A stretch of DNA of 64,000 nucleotides from Chiloscyllium plagiosum (GCF_004010195.1 NC_057720.1:29025354-29089353); one strand, 5' to 3'. Counted from the first letter of the stretch, positions 1 to 13,631 are shown. Program-made: numbers and translations. Notes: generated by a model not told the origin, from the letters alone.

Positions 1-29
1 CAGTATATCCAAGCCAATATTTTTTAATT

Positions 30-868
30 TTGTTTTTGGGCCAATGGGCTGAGGAGAGGTTAATGGAGTTTAATTTAGATAAATTAGAGGTGCTGCACTT
101 CGGAAAGGCAAATCAGAGCAGGACCTATGCACTTAATGGGAAAGTCCTGGGGAGTGTTGCTGAACAAAGAGACCTTGGAGTGCAGGTTCATAGTTCCTTG
201 AAAGTAGAATTGAAGATAGGTAGGATAGTGTAGAAGGCGCTAGGTATGCTTTCCTTTATTGGACAGAGCATTGAGTACAGGAGTTGGGACGTCATGTTGC
301 TGCTGTACAGGACATTGTTTAGGCCACTTTTGGAACATTGTGTGCAATTCTGGTCTTCCTTCTATTGGAAAAATGTTGTAAAACTTGTAAGGGTTCAGAA
401 AAGATTTACAAGGACGTTGCCAGGGTTGGAGGATTTGAGCTATAGGGAGAGGCTGGATTGGCTGGGGCTGTTTTCCTTAGAGCTTCGGAGGCTGAGGGGT
501 GACCTTATAGAGGTTTATAAAATCATGGGGGGCATGGATAGGATAAATAGACAATGTCTTATTTCCCTGGGGTGGAGAAGTCCAGAACTAGAGGGCATAG
601 GTTCAGGGTGAGAGGGGAAAGATATAAAAGGGACCACAGGGGCAACTTTTTCACACAGAGGATGGTGCGTGTATGGAATGAGATGCGAGAGGAAGTGGTG
701 GAGGTTGGTTCAATTAGAACATTTAAAAGGCATCTGGATTGGTATATGAATAGAAAGGGTTTAGAGAGATATGGGAATGCTGGCAAATGGGACTAAATTA
801 AGTTAGGATATTTGGTTGGCTTGGATGAGTTGGACCAAGTTTCCGTGCTGTACATCTCTATTGCTCTA
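30..868 (+). mobile_element. CR1-type LINE, 5'-truncated 3' fragment
   Basis: Decayed RT C-terminus (EQRDLGV, RPLLEHCVQFW, RRLRGDLIEVYK, RTRGH) and 3' UTR shared with other copies in the window. Confidence 0.92.
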
Positions 869-874
869 CATTGT

Positions 875-3175
875 TTCATGGGGCGTGGATGACTTTTATT
901 GGCCATCCTCAGTCGCCTTCAAGAAAAGAATGGTGAGTTGCCACTATGAACCACTGCAGTCCTTGGTGTCTAACCCATAGCATTTTTAGGAAAGGAGCTG
1001 CAGGACTTTGACCCCTTGACAATGAGGTGCAGCGATGTAAGTCTTGAATGAAAACTTGCTAGTAGTGGTGTTCCCATATATCGGCTGCTCTTCGCCTTTC
1101 AGGTGGTGGAGATCACATGTTTGGAAGCTGCTATCAAAGGAACTTTGGTGAATTGCTGCAGTATATATTAGACAGTACACACCACTGCCACTGTGCGTTG
1201 GGAATGAAAAGTGAGAATATTAAAGACGGTGACAGTCAAGCAAGCTGCTTTGACCTTGTTGCTGTCAAGCTTCATGAGTGTCGTTGGAGTTACAATCTTC
1301 CAGGCATCGGGACAGAAGTAATCACATGCCTGATCTTTACCTGCAGATGGTGGACTAGCTTTGGGGAAACGGAGGAGAATTACCTACGTTGATTTGTTAC
1401 AATTTCTGGGCAATATTGATAGTTGGAAATTCTGCCAGGTTGTTTGTTGGTGATCAAGGGGAGATGGTTAGATTGCCCCTTGTTGGAGGTGGTCACTGCC
1501 TGGCACTTAAGTGGTACAAATATTACTTGCCATTTATCAGCTCAAGCCTTAAGATTCAAAAACAGAAATTGCTGGAAAAGCTCAGCAGTTCTTGCAGAAT
1601 CTGTGAAGAGAAATCAGAGTTAACGTTTTGGGTCCGCTGACCCTTCCTCAGAACTGATGATAGCTAGGAATTTGTTTTTTATGCAGAAGATGAGGTGGAA
1701 GAAGGGGATAGGGAGTAAATGAAAGGTGGTGATAGAGCCTAAAGAGAGAAAATAATATTTGGACAGACAAAGGAGTGGGGGTACGGCTAGGAGGGTGATG
1801 TTAATGGAGACTGTTCGTGGCTGACAATATGTTTTGTGTACTTTCAGAATGTGTGATCACAGGGCCTGGTGTGTGGGGGGGTGGGGGCTGGGTTATTGAG
1901 ATTTCAAGCCCTAAAGTTATTTAACCTAATATTGAGTGAAGGCTGTAGGGTCCCCAAGCAGAAAATGAGGTGTTGTTCTTCCAGCTTACACTGAGCCTCG
2001 TGGAACACTGCAGCAAACCTGAGACAAAGAAATTGTCCAGGCAACAGGGTGGTATGTTGAAGTGGCAGGCAACTAGAATTCTGGGTCATTTTTGAAGGCA
2101 AAGTGTGGGTGTCATGCAAAGCAGTCACCCGGTCTATGCTTCATTTCCCCAATGTAGAGGAGATCACATTGTGAGCAGCGAATGCAGTAAACTAGATTGT
2201 TGTAAGTGCAGGTAAAGAGCTGCTTCACTTGGAAGGTTTATTTGGGCCCTTGGATACTGAGGATGAAGAAGGTAAGTGGGCAAGTATTACACTTGGGAGT
2301 GAAGGAAAAGTGGACCAGGGTGTCCCAGAGGGAACAGTCCCTGTGGAGGAAGGACAGGGTGGGGAGGGGAGGGGAATGTGTACCAGGTGGTGGCATCTCA
2401 TTGGAGATGGAAGAAATGGCAGCCAATGATCTTTTGGATGTGGATGCTGGTGGGATGGTAGGTAAGGATAAGGGGAACTCTATCGCTGATGTGGGAGGGA
2501 ACAGATCGGGTGAGGGTTGAAGTACGTGAGTTGGGTAGGACACAGTGATGACCTTGTCAACAATGACACTGTGAAATCCTTGGTTAAGTAAGAAGGTGGA
2601 CATTTCTGAGGCTCCCTTGTTGAAGCATCATTTGAACAGAGGACCTGGGAGAATGGAGTAAAGTCTCTACAAGAAGTAGGGTAAGAGAATTTGTAGTCCA
2701 GGAAACTGTAGGAGCCATGGGTTTATAGTGGAGGCCAGTCTATCCCTCGAAATAGAAACAGAGATGTCAAGGGAGGGAAGTGAGGAGTTTGAGCAAGCCT
2801 CAAGGTTGTCCTTTGCTGCATTTGGACATAGATTGCTTCAGTATCTAAGATGTGGGAAATGGTGCTGAACCTTGTGCAATCATTAGAGAATATCCCCACT
2901 TCGGGCCTTATGATGGAGCAAAGGTCTTTGATGAAGCAACTGAAGACTGTTGCACCTCGGACACTACTCTGTGGAACTCTTTCAGTGATATCCCAGGGCT
3001 GAGATGATTCATCTCCCAACAACCACAACTACTTCCTTTGTACTAGGGTCTTTTTGTACTCAAATCAGTGGAGAGATTCACCCTCGATTCCAATTTGCAC
3101 CATTTTGCTAAGACTACCTGATGCCACACTCAATCAAATGATGCTTTGATGTCAAGGCACTCACTCCCACCTTAC
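875..3175 (-). mobile_element. Older CR1/L2-like LINE (second family), interrupted by a Penelope-like insertion
   Basis: Reverse-complement similarity to 4660-5190; RT remnant in ORF 2723-3028. Confidence 0.6.
1554..2793 (-). mobile_element. Penelope-like element fragment
   Basis: GIY-YIG C-terminal remnant KLEEQHLIFCLGTLQP; terminal repeat with degenerate hammerhead; flanked by caagcc(t/c)aag-type direct repeats. Confidence 0.75.
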
Positions 3176-4659
3176 AAACACCATTGTGGTATTTTGCTAT
3201 GTGAAATTGGCTGCTATATTTCCTTATATCAAAGTAGTGACCATACTTTAAAAGTAATTCATCAGTTAGATAATGTTTTAGGCTATCTGGAGGACATGGA
3301 AGATCTTATTTAGATGGGGATTCTTAATAAATTTTCATGTTATTTTTCTCTAAGTGCTCATCTGTGGAATAATTTCAAACTTAAACTACAAGCTCTGGGT
3401 TTCCGTTCACTTGTAAGATTTGCCATTTAGAAGTATACATGTAACATCCAAATCTGTGGCAGGTGTTTGATTATTGTAATATATTTGAACTTAATCATAT
3501 CCTTACGGTGCATGTTATTAGTTTCAGGACATTACTTTAGGTGTTAATTTTCTTTATCCCATCTAAATGACACTCACTTGCCATTATCTACGGTTCACTT
3601 CCTTGATCTGTGTACTTGCAAATTCAGCCCCAGACTCTATTTTTTTTTATCGCATTGACTTGTCCGGTCTGCTTACGCAGTCGTTCGTGGTACATAGGAG
3701 AGTTACATAGCATCAGTAGGCTACATTTTTTACATATTATCCACAAGAAGCTTGTGTCTCTATCCTCCACAGATAATTAAGGTTTGGTTTATTGTACATA
3801 CATTTAAGGATACTTTCATAGCTCTTGTACTCCATCTAGTGTCAGGAAAAAAAATGGCATCTGACAAGATAGGGTATGCCGATGACAACTTGAGATTTGA
3901 AACTCAAAAGCATTCTCTTCTCAGAAAAATGCCAAAATTTGTGGAGTCATCCAATTCAACGACAAATGGGTGTTGTTATATTGTCATCTAAGAAACATGC
4001 CATGTGTTTAGTTTGCTAATCGTTTGCTAAGGGTTTACTTTGGGAGCAGACTTCTGCTCTGACCATTACCGAACAGTTCAGAATTCTCACAAAATCTTTT
4101 AGGTTTAGTCTTGAAATGAGGGATTATTTGTGCCAGCTTCTACGATGTTAGTGGCTAGTATGCTATTTTACTGTGTGTACACAATGCCAGTCCAGTCCCA
4201 ATCTGCTCCTTACATTAGAAAGTTAGCAACTACATTTGCAGAGATTCCTATTCCATGTAAGCCACTGGCCTTGTAAGAGTAAGTTTTGTTCAGAATTAAT
4301 TATTAAAAAGTTACATTGTATCTTCCCAGCTGTGACAAAGAGAAAGGGACTAGTTTTCAGCATAAAATGGGGCATAAACATAGGAATGGACCAGTTAGCC
4401 ACATAAATGCAGTGGCTGCAAGAGCAGGCCAGAGGCTAGAAATATTACGGTGATTAACTCTGGCTGTAGTATGGCGTGGGCTGGTGTAGTCCAGAGCTGA
4501 GAAGGAAAAGTTGAACTCTCTTTAAGTTATCTTTCTTTATTTTATATTTTGTTTTAAGTTAATGGTGACATTACTAAAATTATTAGAAGCATTATTAAAA
4601 CACTTTGCACTGTATTTTATTCTGATTAAACGTGACAATGAATGATTCAAATAAAACTC

Positions 4660-5190
4660 AGCTCCTGACTCGCCAAAGCCTGTTAATCATCAACGAGGCA
4701 CAAGTCAGGAGTGTGATGGAATACTCCCCACTTGCCTTGATGGATGCAGATCCAACAACACTCAAGAAACTTGACACCAACCAGGATAAAGCAGCCGCTG
4801 AGTTGGCATCACATTCACAAACATCCACTCTCAGTAGCAGCTATGCGTACAATCTACAAGATGCACTGCAGAAGTTCACCAAAGATCTTTAGACCGCACC
4901 TCCCAACCCACATCCACTTCCGTGCAGTAGAACAGGGCAGCAGATATATGAGAACCCCACCACCTGCAATTTTCCCTCCAAGGCACTCACTATCATGACT
5001 TGGAAATGAATCATTATTCTTTCACTGTCACTGGGCTAAAGTCATGGAATTCCCTCGATAAAGGTGTCAAGGGTCAACCTACAGCATGTGAACTGCAAGA
5101 AGGCAGCTCATCATCATCTTCTCAAGTCCAACAAGGGATGGGCATTCAAAGCTTACCAGCCAGTGATGTCCCACATATGAATAAAAAAAG
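4660..5190 (+). mobile_element. CR1/L2-like LINE 3' fragment (second family)
   Basis: AQVRSVMEYSPLA...LKKLD remnant; A-rich tail at ~5180. Confidence 0.75.
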
Positions 5191-5894
5191 TTGGCCAAAT
5201 AGTCTATGATTGGTTTGTATATTTCCCATTAAATAGGTAAAACATAAAATCGATGATTCCAATTTTGAATACCCCTAATCACATCCAGCATCAAATGGAT
5301 ACCAACCTGATTTACTTTTCCATTAATTAGTCACTGACAAAACTCATAGCCAACATTCATCATTGAAACATTTGTAAATTTAAAATAGAGTGCACTGGAG
5401 AAACACACATCTGGCAGTGTCTGTAGACAGCAAAACAGTGTTAACATTTCAAGTCCAATACAACTCTTCTTTTGCAAAATCCCACATTGCCATTGGGAAT
5501 GGAAGAAGTTATAGTAATAGATTATAAAAGACCATGGTTCATCTAATTCACTTTCAATCACCTTGAAAATTGTATGGTGTAATAACATATAAACACCACT
5601 TTCTTACATAATCAGCCTTAGGCCTAATGAATCTGGGTTGATTTTAAATAATTTATTTCCTTCTCTGGATTTTCTTTTTTACCAATATAACTTGTTTTAT
5701 AGATTCATGTTGACAAGAGACAGAAGCACTCAGGTCAATCTATTCCCCCTGTATCCCTAATGGTTATGGAAATTTAAATGTTCTTCCCTCTCTCGCAGTC
5801 ATTCTTAAACTTTACACCTCATGACTCCTCTGAACAGTATTTCATATCTATCTGTCCCACAAATGTTCAACACAATCTATCCCATTGCATTTGC

Positions 5895-7675
5895 TTAAGG
5901 TTCAATGAAGGAGGAGCACCAGGCATACCAAAAAATGAGGTGTCAACCTGATGAAACTACAATAAAGACCTACTGTGTGCCAAACAGTGGAAGCAGCGTG
6001 CTGACAGACAGGGCAAAATGATTCCACATCCGACAGATCAGTTCTAAGCACTTCAGTTCTTCTTCATCCTGTCATAGATGGTACATTGACAGTTCAACAT
6101 GTAAGTATACCCTACCCCATGAATAGCGGAGTCCAATAGGTCAGTGCAAAAGATGAGGCTAAAACATTTGCAACCATCTTCATCCAGAAGTGCTGTCTAG
6201 ATGATCTACCTTGGACTACTTCTGAAGTCACCAGTATCTTAAGGTACAAGCCTTCAACCAATTTAATTCACTCCAATGTGATGCTAAGAAATGGCTTAAA
6301 GCACTGGATACTGCCAAGGCTTTGGGCCTTGACGACATTCCAGGAATAGGATTGAAGACCTTTGCCCCAGAATTAGCTGTGTCCCTTGCCAAGCTGTTCC
6401 TGTACAGTGATAACAATAAAATGTACTTAGAAATTTTGAAAATGGCCCAGATATTTCCTGCTCACAAAAACAGGGCAAATCCAACACAGTTATCAGAGGA
6501 GGTAATTAGTAGGAAAGATAGACATGAAATAGTGTTCAGAGGAGTCCTGAAGGGGTGGGGGCTGACGGGCAAGTTTAAGAATAACTGCTGGAAGATGGAA
6601 GAGCATTTGAATTTCCGTTAGTTTATTCCTGACAATCAGCAAAGTGGCAGAAGGCATCCTTTATATTGTTATTATTCAGCAACAACCTGCTTTTTGACAC
6701 TCAGATTGAGTTCCACCATGCCACTCAACTTCTGACTCTTTGCCTTATTCTACACATGGACTAATGGGTTAAACTCTCAGGCGAAGTGAGACTGACTATG
6801 CTTGACAATAAGACAGCATTTAATGGGTATGTCATCAAACCCTAGCAAAACTAGGGTAACTTGATTCCATTCCCCATCAGGATGGTCTTTTGGCTTTCCA
6901 CTTTTTTCTTGAAACAGACCCCAGCCATCACCAACTGGGTACCACCACCACCCCCCACTGTCAGCATTCCACAGGGACCATTCTTTCCGTGAAACCTCTG
7001 GCCCACTCCTCCATCACTCCCCGATGGCACTTTTGCATGTACCTCTTCCTTCACCATCCAAGGATTCAAATGCATCTTCCTGGTGAAACATTTTGCTTAT
7101 ACTCCTTTCAATTGAGTCTACATTTGTTGCTCACAATGCGATTCCCCTTTACATTGTAAGACCAAACACAGGCAGGACGACTATTTGGCACATAGATCCA
7201 TATTCTCCACAGGAATGTTCGTGACCTTCCAGTTGTTTGTTATTTCAGTAAACCTCCTTGTTCCCATGCTAACATTTCCATCATGTGTCTACTACAGTGT
7301 TTCAACTAAGCTCAACAGAAGCTGGAAGAATGACACATCCTTTTCTGCTCAGGTACTTTATACCTGCTAAGACTCAATATTGAGTTCCACAACTTCAGAG
7401 TATGACGTTGTCCTCTATTTCCTTAAATTTCCTCATTCCTTCCCCGTCTGCGTCATGTTTGCGTTTGTTTCAGTTTTCCAGCATTTGCAGTATTTTGCTT
7501 TTGTTTGAGAACTCTCCAGCGGTTGGAATCATATCTGACAAGAACGAATGTGGATGTGAACGTTGAAGGTCAATCATCTCTCCCCAAGACATTGTTGCCA
7601 AGATTCCTCAGGGTGGTGTTCCAGGTGCAATCATCTTCAGCTACTTCTTCAATGACTTTCCTTAAAAAGGTCAGC
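5895..7675 (+). mobile_element. Decayed LINE RT region with an embedded Penelope-like fragment (~6855-7503)
   Basis: GLDDIPGIGLKTFAPELAVSLAKLF RT-like remnant; the embedded piece resembles the reverse complement of 1554-2793. Confidence 0.6.
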
Positions 7676-9360
7676 ATAGAGTCATAGAGCTGTCATGGAA
7701 ACTTCAGTCCAACTCATCCATGCTGACCAGATATCCTAAAGTTATCTAGTCCCATTTGCCAGCATTTGGCCCATATCCCTCTCCCTTCCTATTCATATAC
7801 CCATCCAGATGCCTGTTAAATGTTGTAATTGTACCAGCCTCCACCACCTGCTCAAGCAACTCGTTTCATTCATGCACAATCCTCTGCATGATAAAAGCTT
7901 CCCCTTTGGTCCCCTTTAAATCTTTCTCCTTTCAACCTAAACCATTGCCCTCTAGTTTCGGACTCTGCTGCCTCTGGGATAATCACCTGATGTATTCACC
8001 CTATCCATGCTTCTCATGATTTTATAAACCTCTATAAGGTCATCCCCCAGCTTCGGACGCTCCAGGGAAAATAGCCCCAGCCTATTGAGCTCAAACCCTC
8101 CAACCCTGGCAATAAAAAAGCAGGAAATTATAGACCAGTTAGTCTGACCTCAGTGGTGGGAAAGATGCTGGAGTCTATTATAAAGGATGAAATTACGGCA
8201 CATCTGGATAGTAGTAACAGGATAGGACAGAGTCAGCATGGATTTATGAAGGGGAAATCATGCTTGACTAATCTTCTTGAATTTTTTGAGGATGTAACTC
8301 TGAAAATGGACGAGGGAGATCCAGTGGATGTAGTGTACCTGGACTTTCAGAAAGCTTTTGATAAAGTCCCACACAGGAGGTTAGTGAGTAAAATTAGGGC
8401 GCATGGTACTGGGGGCAAAGTGCTAGATTGGATTGAAAATTGGTTGGCTGATAGGAAACAAAGGGTAGTGATAAACGGCTCCATTTCGGAATGGCAGGCA
8501 GTGACCAGTGGGGTACCGCAGGGATCCGTGCGGGGACCGCAGCTTTTTACAATANNNNNNNNNNNNNNNNNNNNNNNNNNNNNNNNNNNNNNNNNNNNNN
8601 NNNNNNNNNNNNNNNNNNNNNNNNNNNNNNNNNNNNNNNNNNNNNNNNNNNNNNNNNNNNNNNNNNNNNNNNNNNNNNNNNNNNNNNNNNNNNNNNNNNN
8701 NNNNNNNNNNNNNNNNNNNNNNNNNNNNNNNNNNNNNNNNNNNNNNNNNNNNNNNNNNNNNNNNNNNNNNNNNNNNNNNNNNNNNNNNNNNNNNNNNNNN
8801 NNNNNNNNNNNNNNNNNNNNNNNNNNNNNNNNNNNNNNNNNNNNNNNNNNNNNNNNNNNNNNNNNGGGATCTGATTATTAAAGGATTGGACACTCTGGAG
8901 GCAGGAAACATGTTTCCGCTGATGGGTGAGTGTCGAACCAGAGGACACAGCTTAAAAATACGGGGTAGATCATTTAGGACAGAGATGAGGAGAAACTTGT
9001 TCACCCAGAGAGTGGTGGCTGTGTGGGATGCTCTGCCCCAGAGGGCAGTGGAGGCCCAGTCTCTGGATTCATTTAAGAAAGAGTTGGATAGAGCTCTCAA
9101 AGATAGTGGAATCAAGGGTTATGGAGATAAGGCCGGAACAGGATACTGATTAGGAATGATCAGCCATGATCATGTTGAATGGCGGTGCAGGCTCGAAGGG
9201 CTGAATGGCCTACTCCTGCACCTATTGTCTACTGTATTGTCTATATCCTTGTAAATCTTTTCTGAACCCTTTCAAGTTTCACAACATCCTTCATATAGCA
9301 GGGAGACAAGAATTGAATGCAGTGTTCCAAAAGTGGCCTAACCAGTGTCCTGAACAGGCA
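7676..9360. mobile_element. Minus-strand CR1 3' fragment interrupted by a plus-strand CR1 of another subfamily (~8115-9243, contains N gap)
   Basis: QHGFMKGKSCLTNL, YLDFQKAFDKV, GVPQGSV on +; the minus-strand copy resumes at ~9245. Confidence 0.88.
8555..8865. other. Assembly gap (N run)
   Basis: N run inside a CR1. Confidence 0.99.
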
Positions 9361-9944
9361 CAAGAAAAGCTCTGCAGAGATTCAAGGTGATGGCTCAGCA
9401 CCACATTCTCAACAGAAATTAATAATGGGCAAGGGCATTTTGCTTGAATTCTCTTGAGCGATCTGCTCTCCAATCCTGAACATTCAGGTTTCAAAACCTG
9501 AAGGAGGGAATTCCTGAGCTTCCCTTTAAGGCACCTTTAAAACCTGATGAAGCTTTGGATTGCATAAGTTAGCTATGCCCAGAAATCTTGGTATTTAAAA
9601 TGTTATAATCCTGACAGCCACTTAAAGGATCTACTTCAAATCTTGAAACAGTATTTTAATAAACATTTTAGTGTTGCATATTACTAATGTACATTGTAAC
9701 CCAACAGCCACAATTTCAGCTTGTCTATTTGTAAGGCACAGTGCATCCCCAGTTTATGTCCATCATATGAATATATTTTAACAAGGTACAATTAACACAC
9801 TTTATCATTTTTGTGTACATCAGAGTTTACCTCTGCAGCTATGCCCTGTATGAGATTTTGGAATTGATTTTGAGTAATCACGAGAAATGACCAGTTCCTG
9901 TTGAATTGTCTTGTTTAGTAAGTGCTTTCTAATTGTCATGAACC

Positions 9945-10410
9945 TGTCATAGTCATAAAGCATGGAAACAGACTCTTCAGTTTAACCAATCCATGCCAGC
10001 CATAATGCCAATGTAAAGTAGTCCCATCTGTCTACGCTTGACCCATAACCCTCAAGGTTTCTTATTCATGTACTTACTAAATGTCTTTTAAATGTAACAA
10101 CCACTTCTCCTGGAAGTTCATTCCACGCACGAACCACATTGTTTTTTTAATTTGACCCTCATGTCTTTTTAAAATCTTTCTCCTCTCACCTTAAAAAGGT
10201 ACCTCCTAGTCTTGAAATACCCCACCCTAGGAAAAAGACACCTGGTGTTCACCATTTATATAATATATATATTTTATATACCTCATGATTTTGTAAACCT
10301 CTATAAGGTCAATCCTCAACATCTTCAGCTCCAGCCTCTCCTTATAACTCAAACTCTCCATTCCCAACACCATCTGATAAATCTTTTCTCAACCCTCTCC
10401 ACCTTAATAA
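9945..10410 (-). mobile_element. CR1 3' fragment
   Basis: Reverse complement of the CR1 3' end seen elsewhere in the window. Confidence 0.8.
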
Positions 10411-10844
10411 CATACATTTTATATCTTGCATTCCCCCTGCTGTCCGCTGCTCTCCTCCTCCTCCGCTATGCCTTACAGTCTCTCTGTTATCTCTTTTTTG
10501 CTTAGCTCTAAGTCAATAGTTAATGTGCACTTGCTCCCCCAGATTTATCCAGTGCATCATCCAGTTTAACCATTGTAATGCATTACTAAAGGAATAATGC
10601 ACTGTGCTACCATCCTTGGTAGCTGCCTATTAAACTTGTTCCATTGATTCAACTGATTAATTTATTCATGGAAGAGAGAGTTCTGAGTACTCTGGAGAAT
10701 ACCCCTCAACCACTTTTTAAAATAGGTTCACAGTTGTTCATTGTTGCATATTTGGAGATTTTCTCTCGTGTGAATTGCATTTCCCTATAGAACACTTGGT
10801 GTAGTTATTTTTACTTAAGTATAAAGAATTCATTTGTGATTTTT

Positions 10845-11066
10845 GAGAAGATTTGTAGCTCAGGTTGAGGGTCATGTTGTAAGTTTGCTTGCTGAACTGG
10901 TGGATTTGGTTTTGGGACGTTTTTGTCACCATGTTAGGTAACATCATGTGTCAGCCTTCGGTGAAAAACAGCGGCGCTTCACCAGAGGCTCACTGATGTT
11001 GCCTAGCATGATGGTGAAGCATCTGAGAACAGATCTTCCAGCTCTGAGCAAACTTACAACCTGAAC
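10845..11066. mobile_element. Small palindromic element made of two inverted Penelope terminal repeats
   Basis: Arms ~10845-10964 and ~10975-11066 are imperfect reverse complements; both resemble 49310-49435. Confidence 0.75.
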
Positions 11067-11094
11067 ATAAAGAAATTATTTATAATTGGAAGTG

Positions 11095-11990
11095 CAGTGA
11101 ACAGCAAAGAAGGTTGCCTCAGATTACAATGGGATCTTGATCAGATGGGCCAATGGGCTGAGAAGTGGCAGATGGGAGTTTAATTTAGATAAATGCGAGG
11201 TGCTGCATTTTGGGAAAGCAAATCTTAGCAGGACTTATACACTTAATGATATGGTCCTAAGGAGTGTTGCTGAACAAAGAGACCTTGGAGTGCAGGTTGA
11301 TAGCTCCTTGAAAGTGGAGTTGCAGCTCGATAGAATAGTCAAGAAGGCGTTTGGTATGCATTCCTTTATTGGTCAGAGTACTGAGTACAGACGTTGGGAG
11401 GTCATGTTGCGGCTGTACAGGACATTGGTTCGACCACTGTTGGAATATTGCATTCAATTCTGTTCTCCTTCTTATCGGAAGGATGTTTGAAATTTGAAAG
11501 GATTCAGAAAAGATTTACAAGGATGTTGCCAGGGTTGGAGGATTTGATCTATAGGGAGAGGTTGAATAGGCTAGGGCTGTTTCCTGTGGAGCGTCAGAGG
11601 CGAGAAATGACCATATACAGTAGAGGTTTATAAAATCATGAGGGACATGATAGGATAAATAGACAAAGTCTTTTTCCCTGGGGTGGGTGAGTCCAGAACA
11701 AGAGGACATAGGTTTAGGGTGAGAGGAGAAAGATATAAAAGAGACCTAAGGGGCAACTTTTTCGCACAGAGGGTGGTGCGTATATGGAATGAGCTGCCGG
11801 AGGAAGTGGTGAAGGCTGGTACAATTGCAACATTTAAAGGCATTTGGATGGGTATATGAATAGGAAGGGTTTGGAGGGATATGGGCCAGTTACTGGCAGG
11901 TGGAACTAGATTGGGTTGGGATATCTAGTCGGCATAAACAAGTTGGGCCAAAGGGTCTGTTTCCATGCTGTGAATCTCTATGACTCTGAT
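11095..11990 (+). mobile_element. CR1 3' fragment
   Basis: DKCEVLHFGK...RPLLEYC; ctctatgactc tail. Confidence 0.92.
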
Positions 11991-12162
11991 TAGACTTCGT
12001 TGGTCACCATTGCACTAATCCCATGAAAGAGATGGAGTTCTTTCTGGGAAACTGTTACACTGGGTGGGGAGGAGGACTCTCTGTGAAATGGTTAGGGGGG
12101 ATGAGGGCAAGGTTTTCTCTGAAACGGTTACTCTTGGGGAGTGAGGCTCCCTGTGAAACGTT

Positions 12163-13631
12163 AAAAAAAAATCGCACAACACCAGGTTATCGTCCAGCAG
12201 GTTTAATTGGAAGCACACTAGCTTTAGGAGCACTGCTCCTTCATCAGGTGATTGTGGAGGGCACAAATCTAAGGCACAGAATTTATAGCAAAAATTTACA
12301 GTGTGAAGTAACTGAAATTATACATTGAAAAATACCTTGATTGTCTGTTGAGTCTTTCATCTGTTCGAATATCATGATAGTTTCACTTCTTTCAACGAGG
12401 AAATCACAAAACCTTTTTTTTTAAAAGTCACATTCTCAGCTTAGCTGTAACAATGGGTATTAGCTAGACAATATGTTGAAGATGTTAGCCCCCCGTGTGT
12501 TCTCTGTCTATGCCATGATGTTTAGATTGATTCTAATGTAAAAAGTAAGATAACGGAGTTTTACATGAATTCATGCAGTTTTTGAGCAAAGTACAATGTA
12601 ATTCTGCAAGTACAAATTTACCCCACAAAATATATGGTTGCATGTGGGTCTTTGTCGGTCTGTGTGTGTGTCTGTCTGGGTTGGGGGTTGTGAGTGTGAG
12701 AGGGAGTGTATATTGTGTGTAGTAACTGTAGAGTGTCTTAGGTCTGTGAGGGGGTGGATGTGTGAGTGTGGGAGTGTGTGCGCGTGTCTGGGCTGGGGGG
12801 TTGTGAGTGTCTGTGAGAGAGAGTGTATATGTGTGTGCATGAGTGTAGAGTGGTCTAAGTCTCTGAGAGGATGCCTGTGTGAGTGTGTGTGTCTGTGTAT
12901 GTCTGTGTCCGTGTGTATATAGGAGTGTGTGTGTGTATGTAGGAGTGTCTGTGTGTGTATAGTGCAATGATGGTCCTGGTTGAGGCCCTCCCTAAAGGTA
13001 CCGAACTTAGCTATCAGCCTCTGCTCGGCCACTTTTCGCTGCTGCCTGTCCCAAAGTCTGCCTTAGAGGATGGTCACCTGAAGGTCCGAGGTCGAATGTC
13101 CTGGACCACAGAAGTGTTCCCCAACTGGAAGGGAACACTCCTGTCTGTTAATTGTTGTGCGGTGCCCATTCATCCGTTGTCATAGCCTTTGCTCGGTTTC
13201 CCCAATGTACAATGCCTCCGGGCATCCTTGCCTGCAACGTATAAGGTAGACAACGTTGGCTGAGTCATATGAGTACCTGCCATGTACAACATGGGAGGTG
13301 TCCACACATGTAATGGTGGTATCTATGTCCACACTCTGACACGTCTTGCAGCGTCCACCGTGACAGGGTTGTATGGAGTTGTCCTGAGAGCCGGGCAGTT
13401 TGCTACGAACAACGATCTGTTTGAGGTTTGGCGGTTGTTTAAAGGCAAGTAGTGGAGGTGTGGGGAAGGTCTTGGTGAGGTGCTCATCCTCATTGATAAT
13501 GTGTTGCAGGTCACAAAGAACATGGTGTCATTTTTCAGCTCCTGGGAAGTACTGAACAACAAGGGTACCCTGTCAGTTGCAGCACGAGTCTGTCTCCTGA
13601 GGAGGTCATGGTTCCTTGCTGTGGCACGTCA
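12163..13631 (-). mobile_element. Penelope-like element, 5'-truncated, with CA/TG-rich 3' region
   Basis: AEQRLIAKFGTFREGLNQD GIY-YIG C-terminus; terminal repeat with CTGATGA hammerhead core; (TG)-rich tract ~12650-12962. Confidence 0.85.

Noticed and set aside
3570..3730. Possible minus-strand exons with GTGAGT and GTAAGC donors in unique sequence
   Set aside because: Poor acceptors, stops in most frames and no recognisable peptide; a non-coding exon cannot be excluded.
8153..9149. Long ORFs of 127-242 aa
   Set aside because: Length inflated by the N run; the real parts are CR1 RT. The ORFs at 18923-19532 are likewise gap artefacts.
12533..13032. His/Thr-rich and Cys/Val-rich ORFs
   Set aside because: Translations of a (CA/TG)-rich tract inside a Penelope element.
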